A model generated the notes under the pieces. The model had not been told where the DNA came from, searched no databases, and was given only the letters and a program-made list of their open reading frames with translations. A stretch of DNA of 64,000 nucleotides from Raillietiella orientalis. Taxonomy: Eukaryota. Position 1 is the stretch's first letter. Every line of letters starts with the position of its first letter. A program made the translations under genes and the position numbers. The DNA lies in NCBI GenBank assembly GCA_036172245.1, contig JAYWIR010000048.1, forward strand, positions 1,116,001 to 1,180,000, read 5' to 3'. Positions 37,601 to 51,320 of this stretch are shown in pieces.

Positions 37601-40600
37601 CTGCTTCCCTTGGGAATCCATGCGGCTCGCCCGCACTCTCCATTCTTTCTCTCCCTTTTTCCTCCTCTCCCCCTCCTCCTCCTCTTCCCTTCCTCGTCCT
37701 CTTCCTTCCTCCTTCCATAGTCGCCGGCTCCGGAGCAGGCGCGACGGAACCATTCGAGATCTCCCTATCCCACCGGGTTCGCGTCGGCTGCAGAGGCGGC
37801 TGCAGGGGTCGGAGGGTCTCCCGAGAGAGCCCCTCTTCCTAGGAGGTACCAGCCGCTGCCGTTTCCCGTAAAGGTTGCGAGGGCGGCTCCAGAGGGAAGG
37901 ATGATCGGGTCGCTGCTGGCTTTCAGCCCGCGCGATCAGGTTTGGCTCCCGGCGCCGCTCCTCGCCAAGCAGGCTGCTAGGGGGAGCGGGCTCTGCTCGA
38001 CGAAGGCGCCCTCCCTGCTCCAGAGATGCGCAGGGGAGTCGGGGACATTCCTTGCCCGCTCCCTCTAGAAGCGGACCGGAGCCTCTCTCTCTGGGCTACG
38101 GGCGCTCCCCGAAGAGAAATCTCTTCCTCGGAGGCTCGAGCCCAGTCCCACTTTGGGCTGCGCGGTCGTGGAGGGGGAGATCGCCGGTTCTGTGGCTTTG
38201 GGAGGAAAGAGCAAGTAGTCCGGGAAGGTGTAGGCTGGATCACCCCATGCCCCCTGGGCCAGAGTAGACGTTCTGGAGTTCGAGAGGACTCCCGCCGTCT
38301 TCCTCACGACCCACCCCTGCCCCGAGGCGGGAAACCCGTGGTCGGGGAGAGGAGGAAGATGGTCATCCACGGTCCACGCCCTTGTGGCTTCCTTCCTCCT
38401 CCTCGCTCTTCGCAACGTGACCCCGGATCGACCCGGAGGGCGAAGATGCCTTCGGTGACCTCCTCGACCCTCTTTTCCTTTCGCTCCCTCGTTCCCGACG
38501 CGACGGGGCGGCCGTGCGTCCCCTTTTTCTCCCCGCTCTCGGGTTCTGGCAGGCGCGAGAGGACGCAGGAACGAAAATGCCCCGCGGGCAGGATGGAGTC
38601 TCTCTCGGGTCAAGATCAGGTGGGAGTCCCTAGCATCACGGATTCTCGGCCAGGAAGCCCGGCCGCCCGCCGGCGCAGCGGAGTTTCACGAGAGCAGAGC
38701 TGCCCGCGTCGTCTGCGCATTCCCATGGAGGTGCACCGTTCCTAGGGGAGTTCTTCCCCCTCCTCCCCCACAGAGTGGTGGAGGCCCGGGCACTCGGTTC
38801 CCACCGGAGGACGGGAAGGAAATCCTCTTCCGGAAGAGCGAGAGCGCCCGCCGCCTGCGGTACCTCGGATGCTGAGAAGGAGAGGAAGGGGAGGAACGCG
38901 AGTGGCAACACTGCGCGTCCCCTTCTTGCCGCCGCGAAGGCGTCTCCCCTCTGCTCCACCTCCCCTCGAAGAGGAGGCGGAAACCACTGGATTTCGGTGC
39001 GCGGATGCGTTGCTCCTCCTGCCCCACCCGCTGAGGGCGACGGGAGGTCCCGGCGGGTCCCGGTGCGCGCCAGAGAGGAGGCTCTGGGAGGACGGAGACT
39101 CCCGAGCTCATGGCAAGAGTGATCAACCCTTTCGCGCCCGTTCCCCCCCCCCCCCTCGGGCTCCCCGCGAGTCCTTCTCGCAGACGCGCGGGGAGAAGGA
39201 AAAGGCGGCGATCGCGGGTGGCGCCCCTCCCCCCTCTCCCTCGCTCGCACCTTGGTGCCCGAGTGCGAACAGGCTCGCTGGACTCCCGCAGCCGGAGAGA
39301 GCATATCTATCGCCCCCCCCGCACCCGTGTGGGGCGCGCGAACCCGGTGGGGCGGCCATCCGAGAGCCCACGAGGCGATGACGCGTGCAAGGGAAGCGCC
39401 AACAAGACCCTTGTCTGCTCGTCTCGCTCGGTTCGCATGCCCCTCGGAGGACGCGGAGGATCTCGAAAAAAAGGCAGAGATGGATGCACTCCATCCTTCT
39501 GGGACGCGTCGCCCGCTTGAAATGATCGCGTGACCTTCCCCACGCTGGTCGGGTCTGGAGAGGTCGCGCCGCAGACAGCGCGCGCGCGTCCGAAACGCTG
39601 ATGACGCGACCGGAGGGACGGGAAGCAGAAGCATCCGGCAGATGAAGTGGAGGGAGGCGGACTCCTACGGAGGTGGTCCGCAAGAAGGCTTCCGGTGCAA
39701 CAGCTCCGGCTGGTGCCGCTTCCCATGGTGACCCGTCACGTATTCCGGACGCACACGCGAGCATTCCTCCTCCTCCCTTCCTTCCTTCTTCCTCCGCCTC
39801 CCTTCCTTTTCCCCGTCCTCCTCTTCCTCTTCCCTTTCTCTTCTTCTTCCTCCTTTTCTCCTTTTCCTCCTCCTTCAAAGTCCCTGGAAGGCCATCCAGC
39901 TGTCCGGAAAGGGAAGCCGTTTCTCTTAACGACCGAGACCGCCTGAGGTCTGCGGAGATGCGCGCGCGTACACGGAAAGGAAGGGGGAGGGAGATATGGA
40001 ACGCGAACCAGTTGATCCAGAAGCACACGGCCCCATTCCCCGTGGGTGAGAGGGACGGGTCTCCGGGGACGTGGGAACTGGGGACGCAGACCCGCTCCGA
40101 TGTGTCACCCGAGGAGGAGGTCGGAGAGACACGCGATCCTGGGCGGGGGAGTGCGCCAGGAGGGACTGCCGAAAAGACGGGAGCGCTGGATTCGGACGCC
40201 AGTGGCTCTCCTTTCCCGTGCGCTTCTTGGGCAGCGCCCGTCGTTCCCGGGGACGCCCCTGCCTAGGCGATCCGTCGCCGGAGAGCCGAGCGCGGTGTCG
40301 GTGGATCCGCGGTGGGTCGCCCTCCTCCCCTCATCCCTTCCTGACTGCGCGAAGGTTCTTTTCATGCTGCAGCCCGTTTCTGGGAGCCGCCCGCACGCCC
40401 CGTCTCCCACTCAGCTGCCCATCCTTCTCCGGTTCGCCAGCCGGGAGCGCGGAGGCGAAGAAGGAAGCCACCACATCTCGTCATTCCCTGGTTCCGTTCC
40501 CCTCGTCCCCGTTTTGTTTTCTCCCCTCGCTCCCTCCCTCCCCTCCCTTCCCGCCCGCAGCCCTCTGGGAAGCCCCGTCCTCGCCTCCTAGCTCAGAGCG

Positions 40601-43600
40601 CGCGTGCCGCGCCCTCATCCGCGCAGCGAGATGAATGGACCTTTTTGAAGCATCTGGCTTGTTCCCCCTCTCCCGCAGGATCCGCTTCTTCCCCGAAAGG
40701 GGAAGAATGCGCTTTGGGGAAAGGGGAATCGCTTCCTGGTCACTCTCGCGGGCGTGTCGTGGAGGAGAGCCAGGCAGCCGCGCGCCCCTCGTTCCGCCCT
40801 TCGGGGTTGCGCGCCTCGTCCCCTGTAGGGACCCTCCCCCCGTGATGGCTCGTCGATCTCTGGGAGTTGACGGGGACAGCGAGGACATCCCCACGGCAAC
40901 CCCGCTGGATCGATGGGATGAAGGCGGCGGTAGGGGCGCCGTTGAGGGGGCTAGCGGCCGAGGCCGGAGCTCGGGAGCGATGGGCGCACCTTGCCCGCCG
41001 TCTCCCAGATCCTCCTCCTTCCCCTTCGCCGCTCTCTCCTCCCGCTCTGGAGTGCCAAGCATGCATCCTCCCGGGAGCTCGCTGCGCTTTCCCGGGCGCT
41101 CCCCTCGGTGGCCGCTTTCCGGAAGCGCTCACCGAGCCCGCCCGCTGTGGGGCGATACCCGGGACCGACGCTCGACGTCGCGAAACCCCCGCGCGCGCTG
41201 CCCGGGGACTAGCGGGGGCAGCGAGGAAGAACGGCGGTTCGTTAGGGCGCCGCCTGGCAACGCGCCGAGGTAGGGACGGAATGCTTCCGCAGGTCCCAGA
41301 TGGAACCGGGCGTGGGGATGGAGAATGGGGGAGGGGGTGAAATCCTTCTCCCCTCCTCCTCTCCTCTTTCCAGGGAAGATCTTCGACAGGGGCACGAGAG
41401 AGGTGCCGCGCCTGCCACCGGCGCCCCAGACGAGAAGGCGCAGGCGGCGCGGTCCTCCTCCTCCCCTCTGCAGGAAAAAAGACACAGGCAGGAATAAGAT
41501 GCAGCAGCCTTACCGGGCGCCTCCCTTCGCCCTCTCTGCCACCGGGGTCTTCTGCGGCCATGCCTGTGGCATCGTCGGCGTCTTCCTCTCTCCGGTTCGC
41601 CGGGGGAGCGCGCGCGCGCCCATCGGCGCCCATCCTTGACAGAAACGGAGCGCTCCCGTCTCCTGAGACTCCTCCCTTCTGCCTTTTCCTTCCCACCTCT
41701 TCCTTCTCCCTTCTTCGTTCTCTTCCCGCGCCGCTGGAGCGGCCGAGGCACTTTCTCCTCTTTCCCGGAGGGGGAGGTCGCGAGAGCCCCAGGAAGGCGC
41801 TCCGCCAAGACGGGGAGGAGGGGGAGAACGGGTACGGGTCGGAGCGCTCCCCGGTGAGCGTGAAACGCGGAAGGCGCCGGGGCGGGAGGGCGTCTGCCGC
41901 ATCATCATCTCCCCGTGGAGGGAGGAGATCGATCGAGTGGGAACGCGATTGATTTGACTTCATTACGACCGCGGCTCTCCCAGGAAATTCATTTCCGCCT
42001 CGAAGATCGCCTCCGAAGCACTCCGGGAACACCGGGAACTGGAGAGCGGGCGCCGCGAGCGCGGGGGCGAAAGGAGGGGGGGAAGGGTGTGTGGGGGGGA
42101 GTACGCAGCCGAGAATTTGTGGATCTGCAGATTCCGTCGATGGAGTCGCGGAACACGGGGGCGTGGTGCGGGCAGGTGGAAGCGGGGCGCGCGAGCGATC
42201 ACTCCTCCCCTGCAGCACCGGATCGCAGCACGCGCGCGCGCGCGTGCGCTCGTCTTCAGGGCGCGCAGCTGCAGGAGCCCGAGTGCCGAGCAAACGAGAT
42301 CCGCTGCGTGGGGATGCGCATCTCTGCAAACGGTTGTTTTCGATCCCTCCCTCTCCCCATATTCCCTCCTCCCCCTCCTTTTTCCGGTCTCCGTTTTTCG
42401 AGGGTTCGGCCACTCGCTCGCGCGAGGACTGGGACGCTTCCCGGGAAGGGGCGTCCGAGCGCCGACGTGTGCCGGGACTCGCAGACTGGAAAGGAAGGCG
42501 CGCTCTCTACCGGCCCCCTCGTCGGGTCCGCCTGCCTTCCCCACGTTGACGACCCTTCTCGATCCTCGCAGAGAGGGGAACTCCTGGATGATCCGCGTGT
42601 CCCTCAGGCGGCGGCGCTGTTCATCCCGAGCCCGCGGACAAGATCCTATGGAAATTTCCCAAGTGCGCAGCGACGGCACCCGCTCCCGGCTCTCCCCGTT
42701 CCGCGTGGGGAAAGCGGCGCGCCGAGGGTTCGATTCGGGTCGGAAGGCGCGCGCGCAGGAAGACCGGGAAGAAAAAATTGGATACGCGGGGGTAACGCCC
42801 GGCTCCCGACGCGTTTCCGCGCGACGCGCCCGGAGGGACGCCGGTCTCCCTCCGACCGGAGAGCGCGGAAAGGTGCCGCTCACCGTCCGACTGCGGACGC
42901 GACGGGCTGCGGGGAGACCACGGGAGGCCAGTCGCGCGCGCGCCCCGCGGGCGTCCGCGGCTCGCGCCCGAACCGCCCGCTAATTACCGGTGCCTTCCAG
43001 GGCGTTTTTGTTTACCGTGGATCATCCTCTCGCGTGATGTGGGAGGACCCGTCCCGATGGAAGCCCGAATTCCTTTGTTCGGGTTAATTAAGGAAAAATC
43101 CCGATGCTGCCGGCGTCCTTCCCGCTCGCGTACGGAGCCAATTACTCCTCGCATGATGTACAGTTGGCATACAAAGCAAGAATAAAAGCGCGAGGGAGGG
43201 GGGAGGAACCCGCGTTCTGAGCCTTTGCCCCCAACTGGAGGCGTCCTCAGGTTACTCCTTTGATCGTCGGTCATTTACCGGCGTGCGCGCTCGCCTGTTG
43301 CGAGGCTCCCGACTAGGGAAAGCCATGGAGACTCCCCCCGGAAGAGGGAGGAATAGGGCCGGAGTCCTCCCCCTCCCCTTACCTGTATCCCGAGATCGAG
43401 AGCTCCACCCAGCTCGGTAGACGACTGTCTTCTTCCTCTCCCGTCATGGAGGCGAAAACGAGACCCGGACGGTTCCCCTTCGCTAGGCTCACTCTTCGTG
43501 TCGTCAGACCGAACTCCCTGGCCGGATCCGCGGTATCCTGGAGTTTCTGCGGGAGACCGGGTGCAGTGCACCTGTCCCTGGGAACGGAAGCGCGGGAGAA

Positions 43601-44269
43601 GCACGAAGAGCCGCACTGCCACCCTACTCCGTCGGCGTGATCCTTTCCGGGTTCCCTCCGGGGACAACCAGAGTAAGAGTTGCCTTCCGGGTTCCCTCTG
43701 AGGGTCTTTGCCTTCGGGCACCTCGTGCCTGGCAGCGCCCTCCCGCCATCCCGTCTGGACCAGAGGGAACCATCCGCACGCTTGCCCGTGGGCAGCGCGC
43801 CAGAGGAGGCAGGCGATCCCGGGCGTGGCACGGGAAGCGGGTCGCCAGGCGCGAATTGCGGGCTGCGCGAGCGGTCGTTCTGTTCCTGGAGCACGGGAGA
43901 GCGCGGGCAGATCCGTGCCTCCTGGCAGAAGGTCGAAGCGTGTTCGGCTCCAGCGGGCTTCCGCCGCGGAGCTGGTCCCCAGCTGGTCTTGGTTTCCGCG
44001 ACGGCCGCGACGGAAGAGCGGCGCTTCCGTCTCCGCCGCCGGGTTGTTCACGGACGGGCGGCGGCTCCACATGGAGGAACCGCCGGCGGACAAAGTGTCG
44101 GGACGAGCGTCGCTGCCTCGGATTTTTCCGGGAAGGAGGGGACTCCGCTCTTCCCACCGGGCACCGAGAGCCCCACCCGGGACTCGCGCCGAGATGCCGG
44201 TCGGGTGGTCGGCAAACCAGAGGCTGCATCTGCGGCACGGCAATGCAGCATCCGAGCGAGACACTTCCT

Positions 44270-44590
44270 GCCTGACCAACCACCCGCGTTGGTCATAGCA
44301 CCGAGTGTCGCAGGTTCGAATCCCGCCCGGGGAAGAACGACAGACTCCGAGAAATTGGGGGTGCATCCTGGGTTTCGAGTCCCCCCGCAGGATGACGCTG
44401 GTTGGCTTATTCGGGTGTGGCACTGGAGGAAGCCGGAAATCCCCGGATGTTCCCGTTGACTAGCCGGGATTGCGAGTTGACCTTCCCTCCGGGGTCCTTC
44501 CGGGAATCGAGGAGTCCTTCGAGGTTCCCCTCCGGCTGTGACGATGGAGCTGCCCCCCCCTCGAAGGGAGACCTTCCATGGCGTACCATC
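44270..44590 (+). mobile_element. tRNA-derived SINE copy 2 (3' truncated)
   Basis: B-box ggttcgaatccc (44313-44324) + 'gcccggggaagaac' + core 'gatgacgctggttgg...ggcactggaggaagccgg'. Confidence 0.75.
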
Positions 44591-45109
44591 GCGTCGGTCA
44601 GCTGCCCCGTGGCCTAACCACCCATTTCCTCCTTCCTGCCTGCCTGCGATCCCGCAGAAGACTTCCCACCTCACCGGTCGGCTGCTACTGCCATTCCCCT
44701 TCCTCAGAGAAATGGGGGAGGGGGGGAGGCAGCCCTGTCTGGCGTTTGAGCTGGGACTCTCCAGGATCTTCCACAGTGAGCAGCGGGTGCAACAGCCGAG
44801 CCGCGGGCGACGTTGGGCGGAAGGAACGCTGCCCTCGGGGTGGGCCCTGTCCGAGAGATGCGCTGTCGCGCCGGGACCTCCCGTGCGTCCGCAAAAGGGA
44901 TCCGGAGGAGGAAGACGTCATGCGGGAGGACCCCGCTCAGACGGCGAGGGCCTCTGGAGGTGGACGAGGGACCCGTCGCCAGGCAGCTCCTCGATCGCCT
45001 GGCGACGGGGGGAGGGAGGAGGATTGCGAGGACGATCTGGAGAGGATCCTCGACTTCCCGGAGGCGCCGCTGAAGGTCGGCTGCGTCGAGGCCACTTTCT
45101 GGCGTTGGA

Positions 45110-45740
45110 TCTCGCGTGGCCGCGGTCTCCGCGCGTGGCGCACCAGGCGTCGCGGGTTCGAATCCCGCCCGGGGAAGAACGGCCGACGCCGACAAATGGG
45201 GGGGGGGGGGGAGGGTGACGTCTTGGGTTTCTAGTTCACCCCCTCAAGATGACGCTGGTTGGTCGTGTAGACTTCGTGTGAGGCACTGGTAAAAGCCAGA
45301 TGACCCTTCTCACGGGCCGGGATCGGAAGTCAACCCTCCGTGGTTCTTCCAGCAATTAGGGAGCCGTTCAGGGCTCCTCTCCGGTCGTGAAAATGGCGAC
45401 CCTGCATCGTACACCATGTAGCTGGCGGACTGACACCTCTCCAGAGTGTCAAGGGGTGAGCTGCTCATTTCGGGGTTCCCTTCCGAGACAACCAGGATGA
45501 CAGTTCCTCTTTGAAGTCCCCTCCCAAGAGTGAGAGGAACGTACTCCTCCGTGTGGAGCCTTCCTGGGTTCACAGGGTGATCCCAGCGGGGTCGCCCCCA
45601 ACTTGAACAATTGGCACGCACCCTCGGGCGGCGTGGATAGCGTTCACAAGCTCCATGAGTCCCTTCCCGGGGCAGGCAAGCGGCTCTTCAGCATCCCTTG
45701 GGAGCCCCAAAAAAGGAAACTCGGAAAAAGAAAAGCTGGG
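45110..45740 (+). mobile_element. tRNA-derived SINE copy 3 (near full length)
   Basis: A-box-like 'tggccgcggtc', B-box ggttcgaatccc (45155-45166), shared core and body, A-rich 3' end 'ccccaaaaaaggaaactcggaaaaagaaaa'. Confidence 0.8.
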
Positions 45741-46574
45741 AGGGAAGCAGGGAAAACAGGGACGCCCAAAAGGGTTGCCATTCTCTTGCAGCACACAGGA
45801 TACGAGGGCCGAGATGACTGGAACTCGCGCCGAGGGCCCGGACGAGTGGCCGGCAGACCGGAAGCTGCGTTCGAGGCGACTCGCTGTCTCCCTGGCCGCC
45901 GCACGACGGTAAAGGAAAATCCCGTCATCTCCCCGTCGGCCCGGTTGTCCGCGGATCCATCGGCAGCGGGACGGGAGGCGGGCGTCACTACGAACCTTGT
46001 CGCAAAGGAGGGAGGGGGCGCGGGGGGAGGGGCGAGACCTCGACCGCGTGGTCAGCGAGTCGGAGGAGGAGGCTGCATACGAGGAGGGGTACTCCGCTGA
46101 AGCATCCGAGCGAGTCATCTTCCGCCCGGCTAACGAACGCGCTGAGTGACAGCACATCACGATGGCATCCCTAATTGACTTCCGCGTTCAATTTGGGATG
46201 CGTGCGGACGGGAGAGCGCCGGCACACGAGGGAGCAGGCGGCTCGCTCCGCCCGCGGGGAGACATTCCTCGGGACAGTCACCCCCACCCCCCGCTCCAAG
46301 GATGATCGATACGGACAGAAGCGAGGGAATCTCTTTCCACTCCTCCCAGCCGCGGTCAGCTCGGACGGGGGCCGGGAAACCCCGGCGCGATGACCCCCTC
46401 TAGGCGGCGCGCGTGCATCTTGCCCGCCCTCCGACGCCACGGGAGGCGCTTCGCTCCAGGCGCCGCGCTTCCTTTCGGAGCGGGCGGCTCGAGGACGAAG
46501 CGGTCCGGGTTCCGGCCTTCAAATCGGGGTTCCAATGTGGGGTAGTGGAAGTCACTTCCGGTTCGCCTGCTGGC

Positions 46575-46980
46575 GTTAGTTTCCCTTTCCCGGGTTGCCT
46601 TTTTTTGGGTCCTCAAGGGGTGCTGAAGAACCGCTCGCCTCCTCGGGAGGGGGGAGGGGCGAAGCTCCCGAACGCTGCCTACGCCGCCCGAGAGTGCCTG
46701 TGGCTTTTCGAGTTGTAGGGGGGGGAGGGAGAAACCCCGGAGGGACAGCCCTGGGAATCCAGGAAGGCTACGGAGTTGTCCCCGGGACCTCCGCCTGGTT
46801 GCCTCCGAACCTTTGCCCTGGTTGCCTCCTGAAGGTGCCCGGAAAGGATCCTCTCTTGGAATTTCTTCTCTGGAGGGAACCCGCAAGGGAACCGCTCCTT
46901 GCTCCTCTGAATAGAACCCCGAAGGGAGGCTCTCAAATTTTCCCTGAAGGGTGGCTCCCTCAGGGAGTAGCCCGCTGCTT
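46575..46980 (-). mobile_element. SINE family 3' half, inverted
   Basis: Reverse complement 'aaggagcggttcccttgcggg...agaagaaattcc' matches 51965-52010 and 'gcggttcttcagcaccccttg...caaaaaaagg' matches 45680-45720. Confidence 0.7.
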
Positions 46981-49099
46981 CGCGCTCTGGGCAGGCAAGC
47001 AGCCAACCAGTTCCACAGGGTGCGCGATGGAGAGAGTCGCTCCTGAGGCGTGCGAAGCGGCGTGGACGGAAGCGGACGGAGCGCTTCTTCTGCTTGCAAG
47101 AGAGGATGGCGCCGCTGCGGTGCGCGCGCACGGGAAGGAAGGGGGGGGGGGGGAGAAGGGGGATGGCGCGCGTGCGTGCTTCCCAGCCGTGGGACGGAGT
47201 CGAGATTCGTAATCAGCTCGCTCCTTCTTGGACGCGCGTCCTCCTCCCCAGTCCACGGGCGGAGGAGAACCGCTACTGCCTGTCGACGGCTCGCCCCGGA
47301 GTCCAACAGGCTGCACTTTCCCGGACACCCCGGGGGAACGTTCCCGCCGCCCGGCTTGCGTCGGTGGAAGCCGCACCGCCCTGCTTTTCCCTTTTCCCTT
47401 CTTGGCGCGCGCGTCGCCGATTCCCTTCCTCTCAATCTCTATCTCTCCTGTTTTCCCGCTCTTCTTCTTCTTCCTCCTCTTCCTCCTCCTCCAACTGAAC
47501 GCCCTCTCGGTTCGATCGCGTGCGATGGATGCGGCGGGCCCGAATTTTTTTCGGAACTCTCGAAACGGAAGCCTCGTGCGCGAGGCATCTGCAACCACGA
47601 AACTGGGGAGCCACACCAAACAGATGAACGCGGGGAGAGCAATAAACGAGCGGAGGGTCTCCCCCGCCCAGCCGAACCTGGAACGACCAGCGCGCTCCAG
47701 ACCGCGGAGGAGGAGGAACACGAACTCGGCTCTTCTAGGGAACGAATCGAATGCTCCCCCTCCTCCTCTCGGGAAGAGAGCAAGCAGGGCGGAGAAATCT
47801 CGCCCCTGTTGCCACGGTAGCAGCGGGTCCGGTCGGCTCCCCCTAAACACGGTTCGGGATGGGGAGGAGGAAAACGGGAGGCAGCGGCGAGCGCAACACC
47901 TTCAGGGAAGGGAGGGAGGGAGGGAGAATTCACCTCCCCCCTCCCTCCCTCCCCTTCCCGTCCCCACCTTCCTCTGAGGGACGCGGACGGAAGGGTGCCT
48001 CCGAGGCTGCCCCCTCGAGATAGGAACGGGGGAAGATGAGGGGAGGTTTCTGCCGCCGCGGTCACGGGAAGTCGTCGCGAGAGCACCAGGAGGTTGCCCG
48101 GAGGTGGAAGAAGGGGAAAAAAACAAAAAACGAGGAAAGTTCGGAGCGAGGGGGCCGAGGTCCCGGGAGGAAAGAAAGGAGGGCATCCTTTCCGCGCCTG
48201 CGAGCCCTTCCGTACCCCTTCCGCTTAAATCCCGCCGAAGAATGCGGTCCGCGGCACGCAGGGCGAGGAGAGGAGAAGCGCCGGGACCTCTCTGGATGTG
48301 CTTCGACTGCCAAGAGCGCTGGGGAGGGGGAAGGGGGGGGGGAGCGCGCCTTCCTGGGGGAAAACGCGGAGCAGCCACGCATCGCGCGAATTCCTCCCGC
48401 CCTTGCCATTCGTCTCGCATGTCTCGCGAAAGGGTTCCCGGATTTTCTGGATGCGCCTTTTCGGCGGGTTTCGTGCTCTCCTTCCATCATCGTTCCTCTT
48501 TTGTTTTTATGCGCGCCGTTCTCTCCCTCCCTCCGCCTTTTCTTCTTATCCCCTCTCCCCTTTCGGTGCCGAGGATCCCTACGTAGTTGACAACGACAGG
48601 GAAACGGCAAATATGGCGAACACGTGCGTCCCTCAGCGCACACTCACACACGCGGACACACACACACCCTTCCTTCCTTCCCCCCTCGGAGCCGACGACA
48701 ATGCGAAAAATAACGGGAGCGGAAAGCCTGTCGGGAGAGAGGGAGCACGCTTTCCATTTCGCGGAGAGCCGTCCCCTGCGCGCGCATGCGCCCTGGCAGG
48801 CGGGCTCGGAGTCGCGCGGAGACGCATTGCGGTCGACTTCGCGCGCGCGATGGCCGGCCGGCCACCTGTCGGACGGGACGGGGTGGGGCAGGGTGGAGTG
48901 TGGTGAGGGAAGGGGGGAAGAAGAAGACCCAGCCCTTCCTCCTCGCCACCCCAGGGATGCCCGCTCAGGGCGCCCTGTCCGCCTCCTCTGAGGAGATGAC
49001 CTGGGGGAGGACCGCATCGGACGGGGGTGCTGAAAAGGCGCAAGGGAAGGGAGGAAAGGAGGACCCGTTTTCATCTCTTCCGAGGAAGGAGGGGGGAGG

Positions 49100-49895
49100 G
49101 GCCATTGCCTCGGCGACCGCCTCCTGCGATCCCTACGGCACGCCGCCTCAGGGGTGCATTTAGCAAACGTAGCCAGACTAGCCGGCGGAACAGCAGCTCT
49201 GCCGTCCGCTCAGGGTTGCCAGTGGGCGGGGAGCACTCCGGCAGAAGGAAGTCGACAGAGGTGGATCACCGCCGCTTGCGGTCGTGGAGCTGCTGTCGCT
49301 CTTGCACCACCGCCCCTTTTGTCGCGTCCTCTCTGGAAAAGGTGGGGAGGGGGGAAAGGAGGAGGGAGCCCTCCGGCCCCTCTGGGAGCGCTGTGCCGCG
49401 GCCCTGGGAACTCCAGGAGGCAACTCCAGGGACGCTCTCAAACCCCTCTTCGTCCGCGACGCCCTTCGGCCAGCGGCCCCCCTTGCAGCCTTGTGCTGCC
49501 TACGCGGGATCGTCACAGCCTGGAGCAAAGCAACGGAAGGACCCAGCGACACGAATGCCATTCATTTCGCCGTCCAGTTCATCAGGATGGCAACGAGATG
49601 GCCCCACTTGGACAGGACTATCCAGCAAGACCTTGCCGACATCCTAGAGGGGATGGACCGGACTACCACCAGCGGACAGTGATCCCTTCCCGAACCCCCC
49701 CAAAGTGTATTTATTTTTTATTTTGCTTTTTTTTTTCCCTCCCCTCTGCTGCCGTGGTGGACAGCGCCGGTCTGCGTACCGGAGACCCGGCAGGTCTCTT
49801 TTAAATTGGGTGTGGTTGGACCAGTGGTCCAACCACAAATTCTTTTTTAATAAGTTTGTGAAAATAAATGCCCGGCGCACCCGGGTGAAAATCGA
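49100..49895 (+). mobile_element. Tx1/L1-like LINE 3' end copy with perfect terminal hairpin
   Basis: 'LCCLRGIVTAW...WPHL' C-terminus and 'gtgatcccttcc' as in the 2.3 and 5.0 kb copies; 12-bp stem at 49811-49837; AATAAATGCCC at 49863. Confidence 0.75.
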
Positions 49896-50639
49896 CGGGG
49901 GGGTGCGCCACGGTGGAAGATCCGCGAGGTGGGTCGCGAGCGCTGCAGAGTGCCCTCCTGCCTGGGCGCGTCCTCCCGCCGGATGTCCCTCTGCCGCCGC
50001 TCCGGCTGGTCTGCAGGGAGGAAGGGGAAGGCGGAGAGCGCCCGCCGCCTCCCCACTGTTGCTGCCCGATGGTGCGCCACCATACACATTAACAAAAAAA
50101 AAAAGGAACGAGAGGATGCCCCGGGAGATTTCCTTGCGCGCCCTGGCGCCCCCCCCCCTTCCCCTCTCGAGAGAGGACCGAAACCTCGCCGCACGCTGAA
50201 GGGCACAGCGGGCCCTCCACACTTGAGGCAAAGCGGTTTGCCTGACTCCTCTCCCCCCCCCCCCCCCCCACACACAGCGATGGATGCTGCGGCCATGGCG
50301 ACGCGCTCCGGCCACTCGAGAGAGCGGGCGACAGAGAAGAGGCTGCCGACTGTCTGCAGGAAGGTTTCTGTCTCGCGGAGGTGGCTGGGGAGGAGGAGGG
50401 ACGGTCAGCAGTGCCGCCGGCTCGGAGATCACCTGGGAAGCAGGAGGAGGAGGAGGAGGGAGAGCGCGCGTGCCCACTGCCGCCTCCGGCAAAAAGGTTT
50501 CCCTTCGCGGAGCAGAGGGGGGCGTCCTCGGGTTGGACAACTTCACCGTCGGCGGTTTTCTGGGTCGACGAAGCCCCGGGACTTCGGCGGCTCTACTCTA
50601 CACGCGGCAGCAGAGGCTGCAAGAGCATCATCACCAGCA

Positions 50640-51320
50640 CCCACTCACCGAGAGAGGGCTTCCCTCCGCTTCCGCCGTCGACCGCCTCCTGTGACCCCGA
50701 CGGCACGCCGCCTCAGGGGTGCAGCCGACAAACGCAGCCAGTCCGGCAGCAACAGAAACAGCACCGGGTGCTCTTCAAGAAACGGCAGCTCCCCGACGAA
50801 CCACCAATGAGACCCCGGTCCGGAAGTCGCGCCCTGCTGCCTCCCGAGGAGCGAGCGGGGTCGCCCTGCTCGGCTAGGCGGGGCACCCGCGTCCGTCTTC
50901 GAGTGACCTTGCGACGTCCCCCGGGGATGGAAGAGACCTCACATCGTGGGGTGATGGGTGGAGGGTGCGCTCCGCTCCTCCTCCCTTCGCACCGAGTGCA
51001 CCGTGGTCTCCATGGTCACGGGCCGCCTTCCGCACTTGCGCGCGCGCAGCGCCACCACCCTTGCTCCCTCCTCCCACCCGGGAAAGGGGCCCTGCGCTCA
51101 AGGCAGGGTGCTCTGCAAACGAGCGACAGCCGAGCAGAGTCGAGGAGTCGCGCAGGACGATCGAGATGCAAGGAGCCACCTCGGGGGAGCCCCTGGCCAT
51201 CTCGCGGAGAAGCGGGAGAAGGACGTCCCACCCTCAACCCCCCACCGCCACTTAATGTTCTCGGACCGAGTCCGCTGCTCTGCATCCCGCTGCCCCGGCA
51301 CTGGGTCACAGCGGCCTTGG
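50640..51320 (+). mobile_element. Older copy of the same Tx1/L1-like family
   Basis: 'cgaccgcctcctg(t/c)ga..cc.acggcacgccgcctcaggggtgca' shared with 49114-49158; weaker similarity downstream. Confidence 0.5.

Noticed and set aside
45110..45180. Functional tRNA genes at the GGTTCGAATCCC boxes (also 44313, 51637, 1891)
   Set aside because: No complete cloverleaf or T-run terminator; each is followed by the same long repeat body, so they are SINE heads
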